Shown one piece after another: positions 18,701 through 27,663 of a stretch of DNA of 64,000 bases. The position numbers and the translations under genes are program-made. The DNA comes from Candidatus Brocadiia bacterium (GTDB lineage Bacteria; Planctomycetota; Brocadiia; SM23-32), in assembly GCA_046538485.1 (NCBI GenBank), contig JBKHIT010000019.1, forward strand, positions 11,116 to 75,115. Reading direction: 5' to 3'. A model generated the notes under the pieces. That model was not told where the DNA came from. It did not search any database and worked only from the letters and a program-made list of their open reading frames with translations. Each line of letters opens with the position of its first letter. Position 1 is the stretch's first letter.

Positions 18701-19895
18701 GATAGAAGAGGAAGAAGTTGGAGAAGAAGAGTTTGGTTCTGAGGAGGCCCATTTTGGCGAGCAAGAGGGGCTCGAAGGTGCAGGGGCAGAGGAGGAGATG
18801 GTCGGTGAAGAAGAGGGGGAAGAGATAGAAGAGGATGAAGAAGTCGGTGGATTTGAGGAAGAGGCTGAAGATGGCGTAGAAGGCCAGAAAGTTGCTGCTA
18901 CGAAGGATGTCAAGACAGAACAAGATCAGGGAACAGAAAGCACGTCGGAAGAGGAACATTTAGCAAGACAAGAGGGTATGGAAGAGGCAGAGAGTGGAGA
19001 ATATGGCGAAGCAATGAGCGGAACAACCGAGAAGGGGGAATGGGAAGGGGCAGAAACGGAAGAAACGGAAGGCGAGGAGGCCAGTGTAGATTATAAGGCG
19101 GTAGATGTAGAAGAGCGGGGAGAGACGGAGGAGCAAACGCCAGAGGATGAAGTTGGCGTTGACGAGGCTGCCCCGGGAGAAGAGGAGTGGGATATTCAGG
19201 GCGAGGAAGAGGAAACGCAAGAAGAGGCGGAGCAACCGGGAGCTGGTTCGGAGATTCAGGGTGGAGAGCACGGTGAGCCGGAAGAGACAGAGAATTTGCC
19301 GGGCCGAACTGGAGTTCGTCGGGGCGGAAGCAACAGGGGAAAGTCGGAGGAGTCCGAAGAAACTGGGGAGGCGAGGTGGGAAGCTGGAGGGACCGGGACG
19401 GAGGGAACGCCGGAAGATTCAGAGGATCAGTATGGAGAGAGTGAGAAAGCCCAAAGAGGCTATGATTTTGAGGGTGAGGGGAAATTGACTCAACATCAGA
19501 AAACTGAACAAGAAGCGGAGAGCGGAGAGGGGACGGGGATAGAACAAGGGGAGACAGAGGGGCGAAAGTGGAGCGAGGCGGATGAGGCCGATTACGGTGA
19601 GGCGCAAGAAACTGAAACGGAAAACACACAGGCCGAGCAAGTGAGGGGGGACGATGGAGGTGGCCCTGAAACGTTCAGGCCGAGGGAATACGGGGCAGAC
19701 CAGGGTGATGCTGATATGGAGCTGGAAGGTGAGCATGCGGGGGTAGGAGACGACGAAAGCCTGGTATCTGAGAAGCTGGACGATGATTTTCAGTCAGACG
19801 ATGACGAAGCAAGCAGTGGGCAGGAAGATATTGCTGCAGAGCAAGAAGACAGCGAGGAACAGGACGAAGGGAACGAATGGGAAGGGATGTTGTAA
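15783..19895 (+). CDS. membrane Ser/Thr protein kinase with poly-acidic repeat tail (1370 aa)
   Basis: Hanks kinase motifs: LGEGAMGAVY, VAVKLL, HRDIKPDNIML, DLGVAK, GTPFYMSPEQ. At least 8 hydrophobic helices lie between about residues 330 and 800, followed by a ~560-aa Glu/Asp-rich tail. Confidence 0.9.
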   Translation: MGKEAPQTLGRCKLQRKLGEGAMGAVYLAEHTTLQIPVAVKLLPERMLKSSDQSAERFMQEARIAAKLHHPNIVRVYDCGQESGLYYLVMDYIQGETVADRLLREGRFDWEEGVRIVVSVAGGLHSAADKGVIHRDIKPDNIMLDTEDVPLITDLGVAKLADVTDSSETKDDAMLGTPFYMSPEQVRDARDADVRSDIYSLGASLYHMVCGEPPFQGGSIYEVMNKQLRDPVPSPREKVPEIPDTLCDVLAKTMAKSADHRYQDYAELIEDLGHVLAGEPVSAEGAERELQKEAVSEGETLEQLRGGEISGEEIPEPATAVAAQVLGMTGIILFVGGIVFSYRGVLNMQKYAGWGFGALALILTCVTIFRKIRPKSEKITEETADRSRERKLSLLSMLTEGLGFSTPDFYISTKESARSFCSALGRKCNIVLSEERLLKYEMTDMEVTTLLCQKLGEFYYGHALLMTVLDGPLRFFNFVMKPIDRLSIWAVDRVSRRGRKLSAMAITLCFVVFAAVLGVVLFFNTSFGFGVLFLLLAGFLARTTKRYSRYACDSFAAAVLADTEPIKSICAKEAMLEPQGLKTMLIRADVELPKEDDDEEMILETGEIIKFASFYSGKEWQAGTISRWEEFWTGHAKPALRINMVSDVEPEQAPTIPKVINDIVREWGRMLGGSSEAPATMIPEPDRTMPSVLLGGIGGILLSAGTFLLLLQEQQVYLAFALGIVLVSLTLGVVVGRAHREKESSPHDLVLSVLASFVGVTVPYVLFFGFLPGLMYSQAILQVPTVFILSGVLISAGIRLALSRPKKRVEEELEEEAEGEAAKSEEEWTIEGEEAGEAAGWFDELSLEEGEEEEEVGEEEFGSGEPDFGEKEGLEGPGAEEEMIDEGEKEEIEEEEIGEEEFDSEEPEFGEQEGLEGPGAEEEMIDEEEKEEIEEEEIGEEEFRSEEPEFGEQEGLEGPGAEEEMIDEEEKEEIEEEEVGEEEFGSEEAHFGEQEGLEGAGAEEEMVGEEEGEEIEEDEEVGGFEEEAEDGVEGQKVAATKDVKTEQDQGTESTSEEEHLARQEGMEEAESGEYGEAMSGTTEKGEWEGAETEETEGEEASVDYKAVDVEERGETEEQTPEDEVGVDEAAPGEEEWDIQGEEEETQEEAEQPGAGSEIQGGEHGEPEETENLPGRTGVRRGGSNRGKSEESEETGEARWEAGGTGTEGTPEDSEDQYGESEKAQRGYDFEGEGKLTQHQKTEQEAESGEGTGIEQGETEGRKWSEADEADYGEAQETETENTQAEQVRGDDGGGPETFRPREYGADQGDADMELEGEHAGVGDDESLVSEKLDDDFQSDDDEASSGQEDIAAEQEDSEEQDEGNEWEGML
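18351..18842 (+). repeat. 4 x 123-bp in-frame tandem repeat inside the kinase tail
   Basis: Unit boundaries are at 18351, 18474, 18597 and 18720. The encoded unit is GEEEF.SEEPEFGEQEGLEGPGAEEEMIDEEEKEEIEEEEI (41 aa). The two central units are nearly identical at the DNA level. Confidence 0.95.
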
Positions 19896-19968
19896 ACGCT
19901 ATTAAGCCGGGAAATAAGATTTTACAGTAAACCGAGGGCCGGATATCGCAGGTTCGTATCGCGGGTTA

Positions 19969-21402
19969 TCAGGGTTGATTGGGAGCCGGGGCCGGCGCTG
20001 TGGTGCTGGGAGGGGCAGACGGCCTCATGCTCATCATCATGAAATACGGGATGGCCATCTGGCACAGGAGCAATTCAGGAGATAACTTTGCTATTACATC
20101 TTTGTCCTTCGTGGTTGTATTCCAGAAGGTTGTGCCCTCGCGGTATTTATCGAATATGTTGCCGACCATGCTGGCCATGCGGGGGTTGTCCAGTTGTTTG
20201 AGCATCAGTTCACGCGTGAGCTTTTCCGCGGTATCCAGGGAACCGCTGAGCGAGGACGCGGTGCCGGTATCGGGACAATGGGCGATCACGGAAATCTTCT
20301 GATTTTTCGCGGACATAGCTTCAAAACTCTCTCCCCGGATAATACTCCGCCCGATCATCAGCCAGGCTGATGCCACTTCAACTTCGGGATTATCCGGTTG
20401 GTTTTGAATGTCTTCATCCGCGTCGTTCAGAACTTCTTGCAGGAGATCCTTCTGATTTTTTGAAAGCGCTCCCGAAGCGGCCCAGGGGGAAGCACCGCTC
20501 CTGACAGTTTCAAAAGCAGGTTTGGCGTTGGGGGGAAGGGAGGCGGCTTTCCCTGATTCTATATCTTTCAGAGCCATTTCCATGTGTTCGGTTCCGTTAG
20601 TCCCTCCTACGCTGAAAACGAGAGTGTTCTTATCCACGAGGCAAATAGCGGGACCGTAACGTTTGTGATAGACGGTCTGGTTGCCGATTTGGGCTTTATC
20701 CATATTGTTTTCACAGACTTTCTCCAGTTTCTCGGGGTCGCAGAGCCCTTTGAGCACGAAGGCTGCATAGCCCGTCTCCTGTCCTATGTTTGTGGGAAAA
20801 AGGCCGACAACCCCGTCGATTCGGAGGTTTCCCACTGTTTGAAGCGTTTTGAGAAGGGCCTTATTGGTTTCGGGAATGGCCTTTTTGGCCTGCTGGGGAT
20901 ACTTTTGGAGGAGTTTGTCGAGTGTCGGCAGATTTTTCCGCATCATATCGAAATGATACTGGAGTTTTTTGCCCCGCGACTTGTTCGTCAGGACCGTACA
21001 CAAAACGAAACCGATATCTGCGGGCACGTTTTTGCTCAGTGTTTGAAGAACTTTCTTGCGATCGGGCCGGGGTAGGTCTTTTCCTTCGATGACCGCGATC
21101 GCCTGTGCTGCAGCATCGCTGAGCGTTATATCGTCGCCCCGCGCAATTTTTTGCAGTTGAGGTATGGCTTTCTCAACCTTCATTTTTTCCAGAGCCCGAA
21201 TGGCAAGTAGTTTTTTCACATACGCGTTTTCGGTATCGGGGCCGGCATCAAGCAAGTTCAGGAGATTCTCCTGGTTGGTGGTGATTTGCATTGTCTGCAA
21301 TGTTTCAGTAGGTTCCAGGAAAGACGCCAGGTCACCAGGAGGTGCCCCGGTAATATTGGTGGCCAGGAGTAAAAACCACATTGGCATGATTGACATGAAC
21401 AT
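19969..21402 (-). CDS. secreted hypothetical protein with a HEAT-like repeat
   Basis: Signal-like N-terminus MFMSIMPMWFLLLATNITGA. LLAIRALEKMKVEKAIPQLQKIARGDD resembles a HEAT/PBS-lyase repeat. Confidence 0.65.
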   Translation of the reverse strand: MFMSIMPMWFLLLATNITGAPPGDLASFLEPTETLQTMQITTNQENLLNLLDAGPDTENAYVKKLLAIRALEKMKVEKAIPQLQKIARGDDITLSDAAAQAIAVIEGKDLPRPDRKKVLQTLSKNVPADIGFVLCTVLTNKSRGKKLQYHFDMMRKNLPTLDKLLQKYPQQAKKAIPETNKALLKTLQTVGNLRIDGVVGLFPTNIGQETGYAAFVLKGLCDPEKLEKVCENNMDKAQIGNQTVYHKRYGPAICLVDKNTLVFSVGGTNGTEHMEMALKDIESGKAASLPPNAKPAFETVRSGASPWAASGALSKNQKDLLQEVLNDADEDIQNQPDNPEVEVASAWLMIGRSIIRGESFEAMSAKNQKISVIAHCPDTGTASSLSGSLDTAEKLTRELMLKQLDNPRMASMVGNIFDKYREGTTFWNTTTKDKDVIAKLSPELLLCQMAIPYFMMMSMRPSAPPSTTAPAPAPNQP

Positions 21403-21608
21403 GATCGGAATCCTTTTCCGTAGAAAAGTACATTTTTAGTTTTACTGCCCGAACGGTGCTTTATGGTAGCAACAACCCCCGGGATGCGCAAACGGCACCT
21501 GCCCCTTGTTTATCGCCCTGGGGTATCGCCGGAGACGCACGGAGAGACAAATCTGCGTCCTTTTCCGTCCGGGATACCAAAGCGCACCATGATGGAGAGG
21601 TGCCCGGG

Positions 21609-24608
21609 TTACGATTGACCGGGGAAAAGGGGCGTTTGCCAGGCGTCCTTGAGCTCCTTGAGAGGGGTATCAATGACGGGGTAACCCTCAAGCCCGGTTA
21701 TTGTTAACGTTGTGTTTTCGACAAGCCGTCCGATTTCCCGGGCAGGCAGCCCACTGAAAATTTCTTCAAATTGCTCTTTGTGCTCCGGGCGTACCTCGAC
21801 CAGGAAACGGCTGTTGGATTCGCTAAACAGAAGAACATCGTCGCGCTCAACCGTTGCATCACCGCTTCGGGGTATTTCTCGTAGCGCAATCTCAAGACCA
21901 ATCTCGCCGGCGAACGCCATTTCGGCGGCAGCGACGGCGAGTCCTCCCTCAGACAGGTCGTGACAGGACCGAACGAGGCCCTGCTGGTTGGCCCGCGATA
22001 TATTCTCCATGATGGTCCGTGCGGAATCGGCGCGGACCTGTGGGACGCTTTGACCGAGGAGACCGAAGAGTTCGTAGTAATGGGATCCGCCGAGTTCGGG
22101 CCATGTTCCTCCGACCATATAGAGGGAGTTCCCTGTGTTTTTCAGGTCCATACTTATGGCGGATTTAACATCATCCATTACGCAAATCGCACTGATAAGC
22201 AAGGTTGGGGGGATGGCGATGGTTTCTTCGCCGGTATTGAATTCATTATTCAAGCTATCTTTGCCGCTGATGAATGGGACGCGGAAACCTTTAGCGAAAT
22301 CGTAACACGCCAGACAGGCCCTGACGAGCGTGCCGAGCTGCTCAGGTTTGCGGGTATTGCCCCAAGAAAAGTTGTCGAGTATTGCGGCCCGTTGCAAATT
22401 ACCACCCACTGCCACCAGATTTCTCAGGGCCTCATCAATGGCGCTGGAGGCGCTGTGGTAGGTGTCGATATCGCCGTATTTTGGGTTCATCCCGCAGGAT
22501 ATTGCAACTCCTTTTGGGGAACCAAGCACGGGTGCGAGGACGACCCCATCACCGGGCCCATCATTTGCGACGCCCACGAGTGGTTTCAGAACAGTCTGCC
22601 CCTGAACCTCGTGGTCGTACTGGCGTATGATCCATTCTTTGGAGCGGACATTGGGGGCGGCAAGTATTTTTTTTAGATCTTCTGTGTATTCATCTTGACC
22701 GTTCAAAAGTTCTTCACAGGCGGCTTTTTCCCGGTCGGAAGCAGACTTCATCGTTTCAGGCAGAAGCGGATCCGGGTATTCTTCCGGCACCCAGCGTGCC
22801 GTTTCAGTGAAACGGGGCAGCCCCTCGTGCACGAAATCCATATCCATTTCAGCGACGTTCCTGCCCTGGTATTTGACGGTGAGGGTGTCATCATCGGTGA
22901 ACCGTCCGATAACGGTGGCTTCGACGTCTTCGCTCTCAAAGATGTCCAGAATTTCGTCAAGGTTTTTGGGGGGAACTGAGAGCACCATTCGTTCCTGGGC
23001 TTCGGAGATCCAGGTTTCGGTGTAGGATAGCCCCTCGTATTTGAGCGGGACGTCGGCGATTTCCGCTTCTACCCCGGTATGTTCGCCCATTTCTCCCACC
23101 GCGCAGCTCAGTCCACCTGCACCACAATCCGTGATGCAGGAAAACAACCCACGATCGCGGGCTTTCAGGAGTGTATCGAGGACTTTTTTCTCGGTGATGG
23201 GATTGCCGATTTGGACGGCGCCGCTTGAGATATCTTCGCTTTCGCTGGTCAGTTCGACGGATGAGAAGGTAGCGCCGTGAATCCCGTCACGCCCCGTGCG
23301 TCCGCCGACCACGAGCACATAATCGCCGGGGTTGACCTTTTTTTCGACCTGGTCAGCGGGAATTAGTCCGACATCGCCGCAGTAGACGAGGCAATTCCCG
23401 GTGTAGCGTTCGTCAAAATAGACCGCACCGTTGGCCGTCGGGATACCCATCCGGTTTCCGTAGTCGCGCACGCCGCTGACGACGCCCTTCAGAACGCGTT
23501 TGGGGTGGAGTGCTCCCGGGGGAACCTGTTCTTCGGGCATGTCGGGGGGACCAAAACAAAACACATCGGTATTCATGATCGGTTTGGCTCCAAGGCCCGT
23601 TCCCAACGGGTCACGGATAACACCGCCGATACCGGTATTAGCGCCCCCATATGGTTCAATGGCACTCGGATGGTTATGCGTTTCGACCTTGAAACAGACA
23701 GCCTCTCCGTCGCCGAATTCTATCACCCCAGCATTATCGACGAACACGCTGAGGCACCAGGACCTGTCGAGTTCACGTGTGACGCGGGCGATTGTTTCTT
23801 TCAGAAGATTGTCAATAATGAGCCGTCCGTTTTTATCTTCATAATCCTCCCATCCACTCGGGACAGGTCCTGTGTAGGTGACGTGCCCTTTGAGTGTTTT
23901 ATGCACGCAGTGTTCGCTCCAGCTCTGGGCAAGAATCTCCAGTTCAAGGTCAGTTGGATCACGACCAAGATCGGAGAAATGCTGCTGGATCGTTTTCATC
24001 TCGTCCAGCGTCAAAGATAAGACGCCTTCCTTGCTGATACGCATTAACTCAGCGTCGTCTGCTTCGCGAAGAGGAACGGTTTTTTTATCAAATTCATAGT
24101 CGAGAGTTATGAGTGGGTATTTAACATCGGGTTCGTTGATATGGACTTCTTCGATGGTGGTGTTAGCAAGGGACTTTGTGGCAATTCGCTCAAGCTGCTG
24201 TTGAGATATATCACCGTGCAAAAAGTATTTCTGTGCTGTACGAATGGAACTAATTTTTTCGCCCAGCCCCAGATCGGCGGCGCCTTTCATGGCGCTTTGT
24301 TGAACCGGGTCCATGACGCCTTGTTTGCGGCTGATCTCAATTGTCTGAGCGTCCCGGGTTTCGGCCCAATCCCAGGTAATATCATCTCCGTTGCAAATCC
24401 GGTACTCTTGCACGACGGGATCGAGGAAGAGCTGTTCCGAGAGCTGGCGGACTTCTTCTTCATTAAGTTTCCCGTCGACTATATAGATGTCGACAGAGTT
24501 TATCTCGATTACCGATTCTGCCCCCAGATCGCGGGCCTCGGCAAGTGCTCTGAGTCCTTCGGGGTCTTTGGCGTCAGGTTTGTGGATGACCTCAATCCGA
24601 TACTGCAT
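21609..24608 (-). CDS. purL: phosphoribosylformylglycinamidine synthase, PurS-PurL fusion
   Basis: The N-terminus MQYRIEVIHKPDAKDPEG is PurS-like. PurL blocks follow (ETHNHPSAIEPYGGA.TG.GG.IRD, duplicated AIR-synthase-like halves). ATG at 24608 has GAGG 8 nt upstream and avoids overlap with tyrA; the ORF-track start 24710 is probably too long. Confidence 0.9.
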   Translation of the reverse strand: MQYRIEVIHKPDAKDPEGLRALAEARDLGAESVIEINSVDIYIVDGKLNEEEVRQLSEQLFLDPVVQEYRICNGDDITWDWAETRDAQTIEISRKQGVMDPVQQSAMKGAADLGLGEKISSIRTAQKYFLHGDISQQQLERIATKSLANTTIEEVHINEPDVKYPLITLDYEFDKKTVPLREADDAELMRISKEGVLSLTLDEMKTIQQHFSDLGRDPTDLELEILAQSWSEHCVHKTLKGHVTYTGPVPSGWEDYEDKNGRLIIDNLLKETIARVTRELDRSWCLSVFVDNAGVIEFGDGEAVCFKVETHNHPSAIEPYGGANTGIGGVIRDPLGTGLGAKPIMNTDVFCFGPPDMPEEQVPPGALHPKRVLKGVVSGVRDYGNRMGIPTANGAVYFDERYTGNCLVYCGDVGLIPADQVEKKVNPGDYVLVVGGRTGRDGIHGATFSSVELTSESEDISSGAVQIGNPITEKKVLDTLLKARDRGLFSCITDCGAGGLSCAVGEMGEHTGVEAEIADVPLKYEGLSYTETWISEAQERMVLSVPPKNLDEILDIFESEDVEATVIGRFTDDDTLTVKYQGRNVAEMDMDFVHEGLPRFTETARWVPEEYPDPLLPETMKSASDREKAACEELLNGQDEYTEDLKKILAAPNVRSKEWIIRQYDHEVQGQTVLKPLVGVANDGPGDGVVLAPVLGSPKGVAISCGMNPKYGDIDTYHSASSAIDEALRNLVAVGGNLQRAAILDNFSWGNTRKPEQLGTLVRACLACYDFAKGFRVPFISGKDSLNNEFNTGEETIAIPPTLLISAICVMDDVKSAISMDLKNTGNSLYMVGGTWPELGGSHYYELFGLLGQSVPQVRADSARTIMENISRANQQGLVRSCHDLSEGGLAVAAAEMAFAGEIGLEIALREIPRSGDATVERDDVLLFSESNSRFLVEVRPEHKEQFEEIFSGLPAREIGRLVENTTLTITGLEGYPVIDTPLKELKDAWQTPLFPGQS

Positions 24609-24621
24609 TGGGGACCTCGTC

Positions 24622-25512
24622 TTACTGTGTATTTGGATTGTCTTTTTTATCCCGGCGTAGCCGTAGCATTTTATCGCGTTTTTGTTTGGATGCGTCAAAA
24701 CGCTGCTCAAGTTTTTGCAGTTGACCTTGTGTTAAGAATTCATTCATTTGCCGAAGTTCATCGATAAGCGTATCAATCCCTTCGGCAATGGCATCGACAT
24801 TTGTAGCGCATATATCACGCCAGAGCCCAGGATCACCACTGGCGATTCGAGTTGTATCAATTAGCCCGCCGCCGGCGAATTCCCCCTGTTGGGGAGTGAC
24901 GGTCTGCATAAGGGCAGCTGCGGCGATATGAGGCAGATGACTGATCCGAGCGACAAGCCTGTCATGCTCCGCCGGTTTCATATAGCTGACGCGAGCGCCG
25001 AGCTTCTCCCACATTTGTGTAATCCTCTGCCATTCCCGTGACACGGATTTCGAGGTTGGGCATATTATACAAACGCTGCTTTCGAACAAATGTTCGTCGG
25101 CATTGCCAGCGCCACGTTTTTCACTTCCGGCCATAGGATGGGTGGGAACAAAGCTTATCCCCTTGTCGGAAGGCTGAGTTTGATTTATAGCTTTAATGAC
25201 GCTTTGTTTTGTACTGGCGACTTCGGTGAGAATACTATCAGCGGGCATCGCGTCGATAATTGTCGGGGCAAGCCGAATTATGGTTGAGATAGGGGTGGCG
25301 AGGATTACAAGATCAGCTTCCTGAACGCCAGCAGCAGGATCAAGTGAAGTTTCGTCGATAGCGCCCACATCAACGGCGATATCAAGTGAACTCTGCCGTC
25401 GGCCGATCCCGATCACATGGCGTGCCAGCTCACGACGGCGAAGCGCCAGACCAATTGACCCCCCGATAAGGCCAGGCCCGACGATTGAAACAGTGTCGAA
25501 AAGTTTTTCCAA
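24622..25512 (-). CDS. tyrA: prephenate/arogenate dehydrogenase
   Basis: Rossmann motif VSIVGPGLIGGSIGLAL, PTHPMAGSE, and a C-terminal dimerisation region. Confidence 0.85.
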   Translation of the reverse strand: MEKLFDTVSIVGPGLIGGSIGLALRRRELARHVIGIGRRQSSLDIAVDVGAIDETSLDPAAGVQEADLVILATPISTIIRLAPTIIDAMPADSILTEVASTKQSVIKAINQTQPSDKGISFVPTHPMAGSEKRGAGNADEHLFESSVCIICPTSKSVSREWQRITQMWEKLGARVSYMKPAEHDRLVARISHLPHIAAAALMQTVTPQQGEFAGGGLIDTTRIASGDPGLWRDICATNVDAIAEGIDTLIDELRQMNEFLTQGQLQKLEQRFDASKQKRDKMLRLRRDKKDNPNTQ

Positions 25513-25605
25513 GTTTGCCTACCCAGAGACCGAGCTTTGTTGATGAGGAATCCGTGGAAAAGGTATGGTAGTATGGGGACGCCGCGCTGTCAACATTGGT
25601 CAGGG

Positions 25606-27624
25606 TTAGCGCAGCTCGGCGTTCAGTTCTGACTCAAGGCTACAGACAATTTCATCGCGCTGTGCGTCGGCTTCCTCGCGGGTGAGAGTCCGTTCTTCGG
25701 AACGGAAAGTAACGGAAAAAGCAATGCTCTTTTTGCCCATCGGAATTTGTTCGCCACGGTACAGATCGAAGAAATCGATAGCCTCAAGGTTTTTGGTCGA
25801 ATTGTCACGAATGCACCGTTCAACATCTCTCCAGAGCACCGATTCATCGATAACGATTGCGATATCGCGTTCGACAGGTGGATATTTGGGCAGGGGTGTC
25901 ACGGCCGGTTGGAGACGAGCCAGTTCAGTGACCAGGTCAAAATCGATTTCCAGAAGCGCCGGACGATCGGGGAAGTCAAGTTCGTCCGCGTATTTGGAAG
26001 GCAATACCCCGGCGCAACCGAGCAACTGTCCCTCGAGTTCCAGGCGGATAGATTCCGGTTCTTCAAAAATGGCTTCTCCCGCAGGCGTTTCCCCGAGATT
26101 GCCATCAACATGAAGGAGGTCCAGAAGATTTTTCAATACCCCTTTCAAGACAAGAAAGCCATCTTCGCGATCTGTGAGAAGGCTGAGACAGACTTTTTCT
26201 TCGGGGAGTTCCTGATCGTCCGGGAGATAAATTTTGCCGAGTTCATAAAGGTCAACATTTTCGTTCCCGTGGGCCGCATTCACCCTTTTGGCCCGAAGCA
26301 TATTTGCCAGATTGGTAAGACGGAGATGCGTCTTATCGCTGCTGACGGGATTCCGCAACGCGATCGGATCGCCGTCATACCAGCACTGAGCACATTGTAG
26401 ATGTGTTGGTGTGACAAGGCTGTAGGTCATAATTTCTGTAAAGCCCTGCCCGGCCAGCACGGATCTTGCCTTGCGTTCCGCGCGTTCGTGCCGTGAAACT
26501 GGTGCAAACGCAACGGGGATTCGTGTAGTTTCCGCAACTTTGTCGTAACCGTGCAGACGCGCAACTTCCTCGATAAGGTCGATTTCCCGTGTGAGGTCTG
26601 GACGCCAGCTTGGGACCCGGACGGCAATCTCGCTGTTGGTGCAATTCAAAACCTCGAGCTCAAGTCCGCTAAAAATCGCTTCAACATCTTTGGCGGCGAC
26701 CTTAAGGCCGAGTACGTGGGCGAGTCGGGGGAGGCGGATTGTGACCTCCGGCGTCGATGTCGTATCAGCCCGAATATCCGCCATGCCCGAGACGAGTTCA
26801 CCTCCGGCCAATTCGAGGATGAGCTTGGCTGCGCGGCGGGAAGCCTTCTCGACATTTTCGGGATCGACACCACGTTCAAAACGATAAGATGATTCGCTGC
26901 TTAAGCCCAGTTCTCGGGATGTTCGCCGCACATTCGGCGGGTTGAACCGTGCGCTCTCTATCAGAACGTCGACGGTTGACGCTCCGATTTCCGAATCAAG
27001 TCCCCCCATGATGCCGGCAAGCGCGACAGGATTTTCCGCGTCGGAAATAATGCACATATCGGAAGAAAGTTCACAGACCGATTCGTCGATTGTAGTGATT
27101 TCTTCACCCTCTTCAGCCCGCCGAACGACTATCCGACGACCAGTGAGGCGCGCCATATCGAAGGCATGGAGTGGTTGGCCACTTTCAAGGAGAATGTAGT
27201 TGGTAACATCGACGATATTATTGATCGGACGGATCCCGCAGGTTTCGAGACGCTTTTTCATCCAGGGGGGGGATTCGCCGACGGTAATGCCTTCGATAAT
27301 TCTTGCCGTGTAATGGGGACACAGGTCGGGGCACTCGACGATTACGGAAGATTGATCTTCAAAACGGAGTTCAGAATCTTCTTCAACGGAAGCATCGGGA
27401 TGTTGAACATGTTGACCTGTAAGTGCTGCAACTTCGCGGGCTATGCCAAGATGTGAAAGGCAGTCGGGGCGGTTGCTGGTAACCTCCACATCAAGCATCC
27501 AATCTTTCCCGCGCGGCTCGTAAGTTTCCACGCAGAGCCCGGCGTGGCTGAGCCTGTCGGCAAGCTCATGTGCAGCGAGACCGTGGGGGCAAATATCATT
27601 CAGCCAGTTGTAACTGATCAACAT
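25606..27624 (-). CDS. pheT: phenylalanine--tRNA ligase beta subunit (short form, 672 aa)
   Basis: MLISYNWLNDI start, B3/4 and B5 regions, FDLY..E C-terminal anticodon-binding-like domain. Immediately downstream of pheS. Confidence 0.95.
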   Translation of the reverse strand: MLISYNWLNDICPHGLAAHELADRLSHAGLCVETYEPRGKDWMLDVEVTSNRPDCLSHLGIAREVAALTGQHVQHPDASVEEDSELRFEDQSSVIVECPDLCPHYTARIIEGITVGESPPWMKKRLETCGIRPINNIVDVTNYILLESGQPLHAFDMARLTGRRIVVRRAEEGEEITTIDESVCELSSDMCIISDAENPVALAGIMGGLDSEIGASTVDVLIESARFNPPNVRRTSRELGLSSESSYRFERGVDPENVEKASRRAAKLILELAGGELVSGMADIRADTTSTPEVTIRLPRLAHVLGLKVAAKDVEAIFSGLELEVLNCTNSEIAVRVPSWRPDLTREIDLIEEVARLHGYDKVAETTRIPVAFAPVSRHERAERKARSVLAGQGFTEIMTYSLVTPTHLQCAQCWYDGDPIALRNPVSSDKTHLRLTNLANMLRAKRVNAAHGNENVDLYELGKIYLPDDQELPEEKVCLSLLTDREDGFLVLKGVLKNLLDLLHVDGNLGETPAGEAIFEEPESIRLELEGQLLGCAGVLPSKYADELDFPDRPALLEIDFDLVTELARLQPAVTPLPKYPPVERDIAIVIDESVLWRDVERCIRDNSTKNLEAIDFFDLYRGEQIPMGKKSIAFSVTFRSEERTLTREEADAQRDEIVCSLESELNAELR

Positions 27625-27663
27625 TGTCCAGGGAATCCAGTGAAAATTGGGGCGGAAAATTGC

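Noticed and set aside
18351-18842. Regular 123-bp repeats considered as a possible CRISPR-like or satellite array.
   Set aside because: There are no unique spacers between the units. The period is a multiple of 3 and the repeats are in frame within the kinase ORF, so they are coding tandem repeats.
18125-19736. Several long minus-strand ORFs (18125-18913, 18315-18959, 18910-19629, 18960-19271, 19419-19736) encoding Ser/Pro/Leu/Phe-rich proteins.
   Set aside because: They are mirror images of the GAA/GAG-rich kinase tail. Low-complexity antisense frames stay open automatically, and the kinase frame is continuous with a bona fide kinase domain.
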